Positions 14,619 through 22,452 of a stretch of 52,136 nt of DNA are shown in pieces; the first letter of the stretch is position 1; each line of letters begins with the position of its first letter. The translations under genes and the position numbers were made by a program. This stretch comes from a virus, in IMG/VR virus record IMGVR_UViG_3300033412_000022, positions 1 to 52,136 of that record. One strand, 5' to 3'. The notes under the pieces were generated by a model. The model saw only the letters and a program-made list of their open reading frames with translations, did not search any database and was not told the DNA's origin.

Positions 14619-15197
14619 ATGCAAAATATGGACACCCAAATATCGCATTCCGAAGCCAGCGCGGAAACGACCGAGGCCAAACAGCCCTTTATCATTGACT
14701 CCCCGGAAGCCGCCGAATGGGTTCTGGAACTGTTCGCGCGCAACCGAGAGGAACGCGCCCGAAAGGAGGCCCAGATGCTCCGGAGGCTTGAGGAACTGGA
14801 TGCTGACTACAATTCCCTGCTCGGAAAGTTCGGGCCGCAACTGGAAGCATGGGGCAAAGAGGAAGCCGCGCGGCGGCGCAGAAAAACCGTAACTCTGGAC
14901 AATGGCACGATTACCTTCCGCCATCAGGACGCGCGCCTGGAGATAGACAGCCCATCGGATGCGATGACCACCGCCCGGCTCGTCTGTCCTGCCGCGTTTG
15001 TTTCGGAGACGAAAACGGTGGAGAAGTTCGATAAGGCCGCTTTCCTTGCCTACGCGCAAGAGAGGCTGAATACGGAAGGGGAACTGATACCGGGCATCAA
15101 GCGCGTGCCGGAAGGAGACGCCTTTTCCATCAAAATCGGAGCGGCGAAACTGAAGAAGGGTAAGGCCCTGGAGCAGGAAGAAGGAGAGGAGGAATGA
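14619..15197 (+). CDS. Mu Gam-like host-nuclease inhibitor family protein (tentative)
   Basis: Pattern IDSPEAAEWVLELFARNREERARKEAQMLRRLEEL...KTVTLDNGTITFR, plus the size (192 aa), resembles Phage_Mu_Gam as I recall it. Confidence 0.45.
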   Translation: MQNMDTQISHSEASAETTEAKQPFIIDSPEAAEWVLELFARNREERARKEAQMLRRLEELDADYNSLLGKFGPQLEAWGKEEAARRRRKTVTLDNGTITFRHQDARLEIDSPSDAMTTARLVCPAAFVSETKTVEKFDKAAFLAYAQERLNTEGELIPGIKRVPEGDAFSIKIGAAKLKKGKALEQEEGEEE

Positions 15198-15517
15198 ACG
15201 AACTGCTCATTACCCCGGATGGTTTCCGAATCATCCGGGGGCATATCACCGGCTATGAACTGATGAAGCCGGGGTGGAAGCCAAAGCCGACTTCCACGCA
15301 GAAACCCGGAAAGCGGGCTATCGTGGTCTGGATTTCCTCCGATGATGGGGGACGCCCGTTTGATGTGCCAACCACCCAGGCGGACAATGTGATGGCTCTG
15401 CTGGACCTGTTCGTCACCACCGGCGCGCCGCCGAAACTGGACCTGAGAAAAGCCATCCCCGCGCTTGAGGCGGGCGACATCTACATCGCGCAGGATGCGG
15501 ACGAATACAGAAAGTAA
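15194..15517 (+). CDS. Hypothetical protein
   Basis: 107 aa; ATGA overlap with the Gam-like gene. Confidence 0.5.
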   Translation: MNELLITPDGFRIIRGHITGYELMKPGWKPKPTSTQKPGKRAIVVWISSDDGGRPFDVPTTQADNVMALLDLFVTTGAPPKLDLRKAIPALEAGDIYIAQDADEYRK

Positions 15518-15539
15518 ATGGCCCGAACAGACAAACGAA

Positions 15540-15578
15540 AACGCCCCGGTTCTCTCAAGTTGAGAGAACCGGGGCGTT
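15540..15578 (-). terminator. Strong intrinsic terminator ending the late (minus-strand) operon; possibly bidirectional
   Basis: AACGCCCCGGTTCTCTCAA-g-TTGAGAGAACCGGGGCGTT (19-nt arms). On the minus strand it is followed by TTTTCGTTTGT. It lies between convergent genes. Confidence 0.85.
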
Positions 15579-15627
15579 GGGGCCATGATTGCCTATTAGT
15601 CGCACTACGCCGGGAAATAGTTCCGCC

Positions 15628-16248
15628 TTATAGCCGCTGCGCCTTACTGCCCGTCTCCTGCAGGCGCTTTTCCAGTCGGTCAAAATACTCTGACTTGTCC
15701 CGGTCCAGTTTCTCCCCCATCATCCGGCGCGCGAAGTCGTCGGCGAACTCCTCATAGGACCAGTTGCGCGACTGCCAGGACAGCCACTCCTCTGCGGTTA
15801 AGAGCCAGTGCCAGACGGCATGACCGTACTCGTGCAGGGCAAGACGAACCCGGTCGGGCTGGCTTATGTCCTGAAGGATGAGATGGATAACGCCGTCTAT
15901 ACCGGCGTCGCCTTCCCCGCCTTTCGGCGCGTAAAACATCCCGATGCGCGACTTCGCCCACTTCTTCGGGTCGTTGCCGCGTTTCTGGAAGGCAATCTTC
16001 CCGGCCTCCCAGGTGAGCGCCAGGACGCGAATCCTGCGGTCTATTATCTGGTAGGGTTGCCGAACGAATCCCCGAATGGCGGCGATGGCTTCGGCCTCCC
16101 GATTCCACGCTTCCGCGTTCGGATCCGGCTCCTGAATCAGGTGGATGAACTCCGAACCGGGGAGGGAATTGGGTATTGGGATGTCCTTCGGCTTGCCGAT
16201 TCCAACGAGCCGAAGGATCGGACCGAACAATTCAGTTAGCCAACTCAC
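15628..16248 (-). CDS. Hypothetical protein with an HEXXH motif
   Basis: LALHEYGHAVWHW; last gene before the terminator. Confidence 0.5.
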   Translation of the reverse strand: MSWLTELFGPILRLVGIGKPKDIPIPNSLPGSEFIHLIQEPDPNAEAWNREAEAIAAIRGFVRQPYQIIDRRIRVLALTWEAGKIAFQKRGNDPKKWAKSRIGMFYAPKGGEGDAGIDGVIHLILQDISQPDRVRLALHEYGHAVWHWLLTAEEWLSWQSRNWSYEEFADDFARRMMGEKLDRDKSEYFDRLEKRLQETGSKAQRL

Positions 16249-16583
16249 TTATCGCCTCCTTCCGCTGGCACCCAATACCCGTTACTATCGAGTTTGAGGG
16301 TGTCCCGATGGCCCGCGGGCGGTTTCCAGGATTCGCCGCTTGCCTTATCTTCAGGCGTCCACTCTTCCAGCGTCCCGTAAACGTGCCATCCGCAGGCCGG
16401 GTCATCGTGGAAGAGGGAGGGGTTGACTTCGCCGCTGTCGCTAATGGTGTGCTCGTCAAGGCCCATCGGCAGACCGCAGACGCACCGGATAAAAAGACTC
16501 CCGCTCTGGTCGCGGCCCCAAGCGGGAGAGGGTGGGACGTTGCGCTTGCGAACGTCCGTCTTAGGAATGGATACCCTGCTCAC
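16245..16583 (-). CDS. Hypothetical protein
   Basis: 112 aa; 4-nt overlaps on both sides. Confidence 0.5.
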   Translation of the reverse strand: MSRVSIPKTDVRKRNVPPSPAWGRDQSGSLFIRCVCGLPMGLDEHTISDSGEVNPSLFHDDPACGWHVYGTLEEWTPEDKASGESWKPPAGHRDTLKLDSNGYWVPAEGGDK

Positions 16584-17209
16584 TTCTCGCCGCCTTTCGT
16601 CGTCACCCGCGCCACCTTCGCCGCGCTATCCGGCGCAACCGAGACGCCGACCGCCTCACAGAGCGCGCGAACCGGGGCATAAAGGCGGCCCTCAATGAGT
16701 ACCGGGCTATCAATCGGCTTGCCATCCACTTCCAGACGCCACTCCTGCGCGGGCTTCGGCGGTTCGGGGAGTATCGGGATGCCATCCGTCATATGTTGGC
16801 GCAACTGCGCGATGGTTAGCCCGGTGGGGAACTCAAAATGCGGCTTGTCCACTAATCCGCCCTTCCAGTCTCCTCCCCAATCCAACCCCATCTTTTTGCC
16901 GATAGTCCCCGCTTTGTCATAGAGAGGCGAATCCTCCAGGTAGTCTGTCCCCTGGAAAATCCCGATGTCCGCCGCAATGCCGTAATTGTGGCGACTTTGA
17001 CCGCCTTTCGCGTTCGTGACTTTATCCCCTGGCTTTGTCCGGCCAATCGCGAAAAGCGCGTCCTGCTCGGCCCAGGTGCGCGAGCCGCTGATAATCCGCG
17101 CATCTATCCCGGCGTCCTGAAGCGCGCCGATGAAGTCGCGGAATCTCCCTTGCGCGGCAGGCAGGAGGGTGGCTATATTGCGCTCTGTGCGCTCGTCGAA
17201 GGTTCGCAT
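16580..17209 (-). CDS. Endolysin: peptidase M15 (VanY-like) domain plus a C-terminal copper-amine-oxidase-N-like domain
   Basis: SGSRTWAEQDALF, SRHNYGIAADI (HxxGxAxD) and VDKPHFEF (DxxH) provide the Zn ligands. The C-terminus VDGKPIDSPVLIEGRLYAPVRALCEAVGVSV resembles Cu_amine_oxidN1. Confidence 0.85.
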   Translation of the reverse strand: MRTFDERTERNIATLLPAAQGRFRDFIGALQDAGIDARIISGSRTWAEQDALFAIGRTKPGDKVTNAKGGQSRHNYGIAADIGIFQGTDYLEDSPLYDKAGTIGKKMGLDWGGDWKGGLVDKPHFEFPTGLTIAQLRQHMTDGIPILPEPPKPAQEWRLEVDGKPIDSPVLIEGRLYAPVRALCEAVGVSVAPDSAAKVARVTTKGGEK

Positions 17210-17212
17210 TAT

Positions 17213-17548
17213 TCACCATTCTTTCTTGTCAAAAGACAGCCACCGCACTGCATTAACCAGACAACAAAACGGATAGAAATCCAGACAGAAGTGAGTTTTC
17301 TGCCGGGAAATGTCTCCGCGTTTTTCAGTCACGGTGCAGTGGATATTGTTGCCGCTTCTGAACACGGTCAGGTATCGCGTCTGACGCCCCGACTTCTTGC
17401 CAAATTCAACGGAATCATCATCTTCAACGCGGGGAACGACTGGCGGAAGCGATGCGGCAGAAAAAGCCATATTAAAGAGGCTGACAACCCGTTCCGGTTC
17501 ACCATTCGTCTCCGGGCAGTCGGCTGTACAAGTCGGTGATGGCGTCAC
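17213..17548 (-). CDS. Hypothetical protein
   Basis: 111-aa ORF within the lysis region. Confidence 0.4.
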   Translation of the reverse strand: MTPSPTCTADCPETNGEPERVVSLFNMAFSAASLPPVVPRVEDDDSVEFGKKSGRQTRYLTVFRSGNNIHCTVTEKRGDISRQKTHFCLDFYPFCCLVNAVRWLSFDKKEW

Positions 17549-17550
17549 TG

Positions 17551-17955
17551 TTACACCCCTTCCACGGACTTCTTAAAGCGGAACCAGTGCTTCACCCCCG
17601 CGAGCGTGAACTTGAAATCCACAATAACCCGCCGCTCGCCCTCGCCCATAATGTGGGAGGAGGTGTAGATGTCGTCCCGATCCACATCCACACCGTTCCA
17701 TTTGATGATTTCGCGGTAGGACCAGTTGATAACAGCGGCGCGACCTTCCAGGGTATACATCGCTGTCTCCTGACCGGATTTCTTTTTGTAGGTCGCCTTC
17801 AGCGCGCCGCCGACGATGGTCACCTTGCCATCCTTGAAACGCTCGGCAGTCTCCTCGTCAATCTCACCGTCGCCTTCGTGGTGGTAGACCTGCCAGGGTC
17901 CCTGAATTTGTTTAATGGCGTCAATGATAGCCAGAGTTTTGAGCAGTTCGCCCAT
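17551..17955 (-). CDS. Hypothetical protein
   Basis: 134 aa with ordinary composition. Confidence 0.5.
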   Translation of the reverse strand: MGELLKTLAIIDAIKQIQGPWQVYHHEGDGEIDEETAERFKDGKVTIVGGALKATYKKKSGQETAMYTLEGRAAVINWSYREIIKWNGVDVDRDDIYTSSHIMGEGERRVIVDFKFTLAGVKHWFRFKKSVEGV

Positions 17956-17957
17956 AT

Positions 17958-18263
17958 TTATTTTCCTTCCTCAGAATCAACATTTGCCGGTGTATCGCGG
18001 GGCTTTTGCGCGTTGACCTGAGCGACCGCCGCGAATCCGGTAAGGACGCCGATAATCAGCACCCGCGCGAGAGTCCAACCCGGGACAAGGACGGACGGGT
18101 CCCTATCAATCGCCCGGAAGGACGCCAGAGCGCAGGCAACAAAAAGAGCGACGAGTTGAACTCGTCGCCCTGACAGTTTGAAAACCCGCTTGAGGTATCC
18201 GGTAATCGCGATGGTTATCGCCGCGATGCCCCCTACCTCAACCGGGTCTATCCAGTTGAGCAT
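17958..18263 (-). CDS. Holin-like membrane protein
   Basis: 101 aa with about three hydrophobic segments and a charged C-terminus; lies upstream of the endolysin. Confidence 0.5.
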   Translation of the reverse strand: MLNWIDPVEVGGIAAITIAITGYLKRVFKLSGRRVQLVALFVACALASFRAIDRDPSVLVPGWTLARVLIIGVLTGFAAVAQVNAQKPRDTPANVDSEEGK

Positions 18264-18282
18264 ATTTGATTGTCTCCTCTAA

Positions 18283-18672
18283 CTACGCGCCTTCCTTCGT
18301 GTCCTGCAACGGGAGCGGCAAGGATGGCTGACAGGGTTTCCCGATGCGCTCGCACTGAAACAGGCGCATCGAGAGCAGGTTTTCCGCCTCCCGAGCGCGA
18401 ACCCTCTCCTTGTCCCTGTCCTCCCGCGCCTTGTCCAGTTGCTCCTGCAGTTGGTCGCACCGCTTGCGGCAGGTTTCCAGGTCCGTTCTGTCCTCCTGCC
18501 TGCGCGCCGCCTGCTCTTTGCGCTCCGCTTCCTCTATGTCCAGCTTGACCTTTCGCGCCGCCGATTTCGCCGCCCATAGTTCCGTTGGAAATTTGAGAAG
18601 AGCAACGACAATGGCGCTCGCCCCAACAAATATCCCGCTTCCGATAAGCGCTTTAAGTAGCGTGGGGTCCAA
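18283..18672 (-). CDS. N-terminal TM plus coiled-coil protein (spanin-like or lysis accessory, tentative)
   Basis: GSGIFVGASAIVVALL TM segment, followed by a charged coiled coil. Confidence 0.4.
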   Translation of the reverse strand: MDPTLLKALIGSGIFVGASAIVVALLKFPTELWAAKSAARKVKLDIEEAERKEQAARRQEDRTDLETCRKRCDQLQEQLDKAREDRDKERVRAREAENLLSMRLFQCERIGKPCQPSLPLPLQDTKEGA

Positions 18673-18679
18673 CCCTGAA

Positions 18680-19309
18680 TCACCCCTTTACTAACTGCAG
18701 CCCTGCTTCCTCATATTGCAGGCGGATCTCTTTTTCGACGTTGCGATTCTTGCAGATGAGATAGTAGAACCGCCATACCCCTCCGGCGCAGGCGATTGCC
18801 ACAAGCACGTACTGCACCGTACCCGGCGTTAATACTCCGTTCGCGGCAAGCAAAAGGGCAAGGAAAAACCAGATGCCCGCCGCCATGAGTTGACCGCAGA
18901 GCCTTGCCCATAGCCACAGACGCGCCCTGCGCCGGTCGCTGTCCAGAATATGCGGCTCGCCTCCCATCAGAAGCGCGATGAACTGATACGAGAGCAAGCA
19001 GAAGCACATGACAAAGAGCGCGGGCCGGGGCAGATGCTGCTCAATCGTGACAAGAAACGGTGATTGCCCCATGAACCAGGGATTGACCGAGAGCGGCAAT
19101 ACCCAGGAAACCGCGTAGCCAATGGAGAGGAGTTCAACGGATTCTGGATGGATGACGCCGAACACGGCTTTAACGCGCGCCCAGAGTTTAGCGAGAAAGG
19201 CTTGAATGGTTGACAAGATAACACCTCCGAGGGTTCTTTCAGGTTTCGTGACTGTACCTGTATCGCTCTGAAGTGATTCCCGTTCTCGGTTTTTGCTGTA
19301 TGCCGTCAA
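18680..19309 (-). CDS. Polytopic membrane protein
   Basis: 209 aa with several hydrophobic helices. Confidence 0.5.
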   Translation of the reverse strand: MTAYSKNRERESLQSDTGTVTKPERTLGGVILSTIQAFLAKLWARVKAVFGVIHPESVELLSIGYAVSWVLPLSVNPWFMGQSPFLVTIEQHLPRPALFVMCFCLLSYQFIALLMGGEPHILDSDRRRARLWLWARLCGQLMAAGIWFFLALLLAANGVLTPGTVQYVLVAIACAGGVWRFYYLICKNRNVEKEIRLQYEEAGLQLVKG

Positions 19310-19330
19310 TGCAATCTATCCTCCGGTAGA

Positions 19331-19350
19331 TTTATTCGGCGCGGAATAAT
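19331..19350. repeat. Palindrome copy 2 (degenerate): TTTATTCGGCGCGGAATAAT
   Basis: Matches the ATTATTCGGCGCCGAATAAT consensus at 18 of 20 positions. Intergenic, between the tail and lysis genes. Confidence 0.7.
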
Positions 19351-19371
19351 CGGGGTTTGGGTATCGGGGCG

Positions 19372-22300
19372 TCACGAATAAGTGACGCCGTCAATGCTCC
19401 GCACCGTCACAAGGCTCCCCCCTGTGTCCTTATAGAGCAGATAGATGTACCCATCTCTGGGAAACGCGGTCAGGGCATCGTCGTCCGCGCCAGATACTAC
19501 TACTGTAGTTTCCGCTTCTATTTCCACCCCCTGCGGGTCCAATATGCGCGTGAGGATAGCCCCTGCCCCATCGTTACAAAAATGGTGTTCCACCCCTGTC
19601 GGTGTGACAGTCATTGTGGGTTTTTCTCCTGCCGCAAATATGGTGGTGGGCACGCTCCATGTACTCCCCTCATCTAATGTCTCGCGGCGAACAATCGCGC
19701 CGGAATCCTCATAAACGACGATAATGCGCCCATCATTTACCCCTTTTCCGTAGCGGACGCAGGGATGCCCGCCGCTGATACCGGTGGACCTATCCTGCCA
19801 TCCGAACGGCAGGGTGGTGAGGAACCCGATAATGATGGCGTCCGTTCCGAGGATGTAGGACCGCACCGCGCGCATCATGCGGTTTGTGTCGGAGGAAGGC
19901 CACAGTATCTCGCCATGCACCCGCCACAGGAGCCACCACCGGAACCCGTCCCCGATTTTGTTGACAAGCCCGGTGGAGGGATAAGCGTCATCCATCCATG
20001 CCCGGACCCAGTTCGCCAGGAACCCGAGCGCGCGGGCATAGGGCGAACCGGTCTTATAGTACCCATCGCCGTCCGGTGTCCCTCTCCCTCTCTCGCCGTT
20101 GTCCGCGCCGCCGCTGGTAAGTTCCGTCAGGACGACTTCCTGCGTGCCTCCGAGCGCGCCCAGTACAGGCCCGAACGCCTGCCCGCGAACGACCATATCG
20201 AAATGAACCGGGGTATCCTCGGAATATGCCCCCGATCCGAAAATGTCTCCCGCGCCGGGATAGCCGTCAATGGCAACCGCAAGCGGATACGCGCGGAGGG
20301 TTGTCTCATTGCCTGCTCCCGCGACATCCTGGTCCAGATGGCTCCCGTCAAAACCCAACCCTTCCAGATAGGCATAGAACCCTGCCGTAGAGTTCTGGTG
20401 GTAGGCGGGGTCCAGATAGGTTGTCGTCCCGGGGCTGACAGTATCGTAAACATCCGCCGGTTGGTCAAACGGCGCGACGGCAAGGTCCGACATTACCCAG
20501 GAGGAGGGGTTATCTCCAACATCCACCGGCGCGGCGGGCGGGATAAACGAGAGTTCCGACGCGTCGTTTTTGAGCGTTACTGCCCGCGTGAGTAGGGTGT
20601 CGGTAATAAATTCCAGATCCGCGCCCGTGTAGATTTTCGAGTGATTCATCCGCTCGCCGCGAATCCACTCCACTTCGTAGGTACTGGAAACGGCAAGGTT
20701 CTTAACCGCCACCTGATTCAGCGTATCGGTTGGCAGAATGCCGGTGTAATCCAGCAGGGGGTAATGCTGGTCGTACCTATCGAACATCCGCTCCACCCAG
20801 ACGCCGTCCGCGCCAGTCGTGGAAGCGTACTCCTCTCCCGTTATCGGGGAGAAGGCGTCATGCCCCAGGACGAGGGTAAAGGGCAGATTGTCCGCGCCAA
20901 CAGAGCGAATGCGGATACCCACATGGCGCATCTCCACGCGGTCGGTGAGGAGTTTCAGGACGGCCGCGCGGTCGGTGTCCGCGCCTCCCGTCCCGGATGT
21001 CACGATTTGCAGCTTGCCCGAAACGATGCTGAGAGAGGTTATCGCGGCGGTCGCGCCCGGATACCATCCTTTCGCGGAATAGGGCAGGGTTCGGATGGCG
21101 TGCCAGGGGTCTTTGGCGTAGTATTTGTACTGCTCCTGGTAGACGCTGAACTGGTCCCACCCCGGCCCGCGAACGCAGAACCTGCCCACCTGCGGCTTGA
21201 CGGCGGAGAAGCCGGTTGTAGTAAAACGGCACCCGAACTGCGAGGGAGGCAGGACGGACGAACTGCCGGAGTCGTGGCTGGTATTGGCCGCGCCCGAGCC
21301 GTTCGAGTTCCCGCCCGCGCTTGCCGCTCCCTCCCGATAGGAGAAGGCGAACTCCCCCGCCGCGCCGCGCGAGATCGGGAACGTTCCGCTGTCCGTATAG
21401 AGAGAGGAACTGATGCCCGCCGTCCACTCTATCTGACTGGAATCGGGGATAGAGGACCCGAAGGCAATAGCGTTCGCCCTGCCGACGTATTTCCATTTCA
21501 CCGGGAAGAACGATGCCGATTGACTCCTCTTGACCGTCGTTGTGGAAGTGGTTGCGGACACCGAGGTTGCCGTTATGCTCCCGTTGGCGTTGCTCGCTGT
21601 CATGCCGGTAGGGGTCTGCGTGTACCCTCCCCCGTCCCAGGTCGCGTCCAGAGTCGCGGTAGAGGATTGCCCGTCGCTCACCTGGACATTGAGCCGGATA
21701 AAGGGCCAGTAGAGGTCATCCAGAACGCCTCCGGAATTGTACGCGACAATCGGTGTGGTCTCGTCATTCGCCCCGCATATCCAGCCGAACACGCCGCCCG
21801 GTTTCGTCGCCTCGAAATACTGCACCCGGTTAATGGGAAAGGTACCGCTGGTCACCGGTTCCAGTTCGTTATTGTCATAGCCGGAGGCGTAGCGCCGCCA
21901 CTCGATTTCCGCCATGTCCGCCACAAACTCAAAGTCGCCGCCATGCGACCCGTCATAGGTAGCCGTCACGGTGAGAACGGAGCCGGGGTTAAACAGTCCA
22001 ACATTATCGTTAGAGAGAAATCCGCTCGGGGTGCCGGGAGTGCCGATAACGGAAGCGTAATATCCTGTTATCCCATCCCATCCGGCATCGAAGGATTCCA
22101 GAACATCGCCCGTCGCCGCGTCCTTTATCTGGATAATACAGGCGGTGGTATTGCTCGCGTCATAGGTGTAGATGGGACCGAATACCTTGCGGTAGGAGTT
22201 CGGCGTGGAGATAAGGTGCTGGGTGTAGGGCTTGTCAAGGCCCGCGACGCAGGAGGAGCGCTTTTCCAACCGATGCGGCAATGCCCATCCGAGGAACGCG

Positions 22301-22452
22301 CCGGGAGAGGAGGGACTGCCCGCAAACACCTTCCCGACCTTTGCGTGGAGTCCCGTCTGCGTCAGGTCCACCACCATGCGGTAATCGTAGGAATACGACC
22401 CGTGCAGGCGAATCCGGCGCTCTCGCGTCTGTACAAAGCGATAGCCGGACAT
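19372..22452 (-). CDS. Large distal tail / receptor-binding protein with a C-terminal BNR (Asp-box) region
   Basis: 1026 aa; last tail gene. Asp-box-like TLDEGSTW at 19657..19680, and a second motif, RSIDGVTY, at the C-terminus. Confidence 0.6.
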   Translation of the reverse strand: MSGYRFVQTRERRIRLHGSYSYDYRMVVDLTQTGLHAKVGKVFAGSPSSPGAFLGWALPHRLEKRSSCVAGLDKPYTQHLISTPNSYRKVFGPIYTYDASNTTACIIQIKDAATGDVLESFDAGWDGITGYYASVIGTPGTPSGFLSNDNVGLFNPGSVLTVTATYDGSHGGDFEFVADMAEIEWRRYASGYDNNELEPVTSGTFPINRVQYFEATKPGGVFGWICGANDETTPIVAYNSGGVLDDLYWPFIRLNVQVSDGQSSTATLDATWDGGGYTQTPTGMTASNANGSITATSVSATTSTTTVKRSQSASFFPVKWKYVGRANAIAFGSSIPDSSQIEWTAGISSSLYTDSGTFPISRGAAGEFAFSYREGAASAGGNSNGSGAANTSHDSGSSSVLPPSQFGCRFTTTGFSAVKPQVGRFCVRGPGWDQFSVYQEQYKYYAKDPWHAIRTLPYSAKGWYPGATAAITSLSIVSGKLQIVTSGTGGADTDRAAVLKLLTDRVEMRHVGIRIRSVGADNLPFTLVLGHDAFSPITGEEYASTTGADGVWVERMFDRYDQHYPLLDYTGILPTDTLNQVAVKNLAVSSTYEVEWIRGERMNHSKIYTGADLEFITDTLLTRAVTLKNDASELSFIPPAAPVDVGDNPSSWVMSDLAVAPFDQPADVYDTVSPGTTTYLDPAYHQNSTAGFYAYLEGLGFDGSHLDQDVAGAGNETTLRAYPLAVAIDGYPGAGDIFGSGAYSEDTPVHFDMVVRGQAFGPVLGALGGTQEVVLTELTSGGADNGERGRGTPDGDGYYKTGSPYARALGFLANWVRAWMDDAYPSTGLVNKIGDGFRWWLLWRVHGEILWPSSDTNRMMRAVRSYILGTDAIIIGFLTTLPFGWQDRSTGISGGHPCVRYGKGVNDGRIIVVYEDSGAIVRRETLDEGSTWSVPTTIFAAGEKPTMTVTPTGVEHHFCNDGAGAILTRILDPQGVEIEAETTVVVSGADDDALTAFPRDGYIYLLYKDTGGSLVTVRSIDGVTYS

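Noticed and set aside
14051-14743. 230-aa minus-strand ORF across the small plus-strand early genes.
   Set aside because: It spans three intergenic hairpins and lies antisense to well-packed plus-strand genes. No SD or family motif is present.
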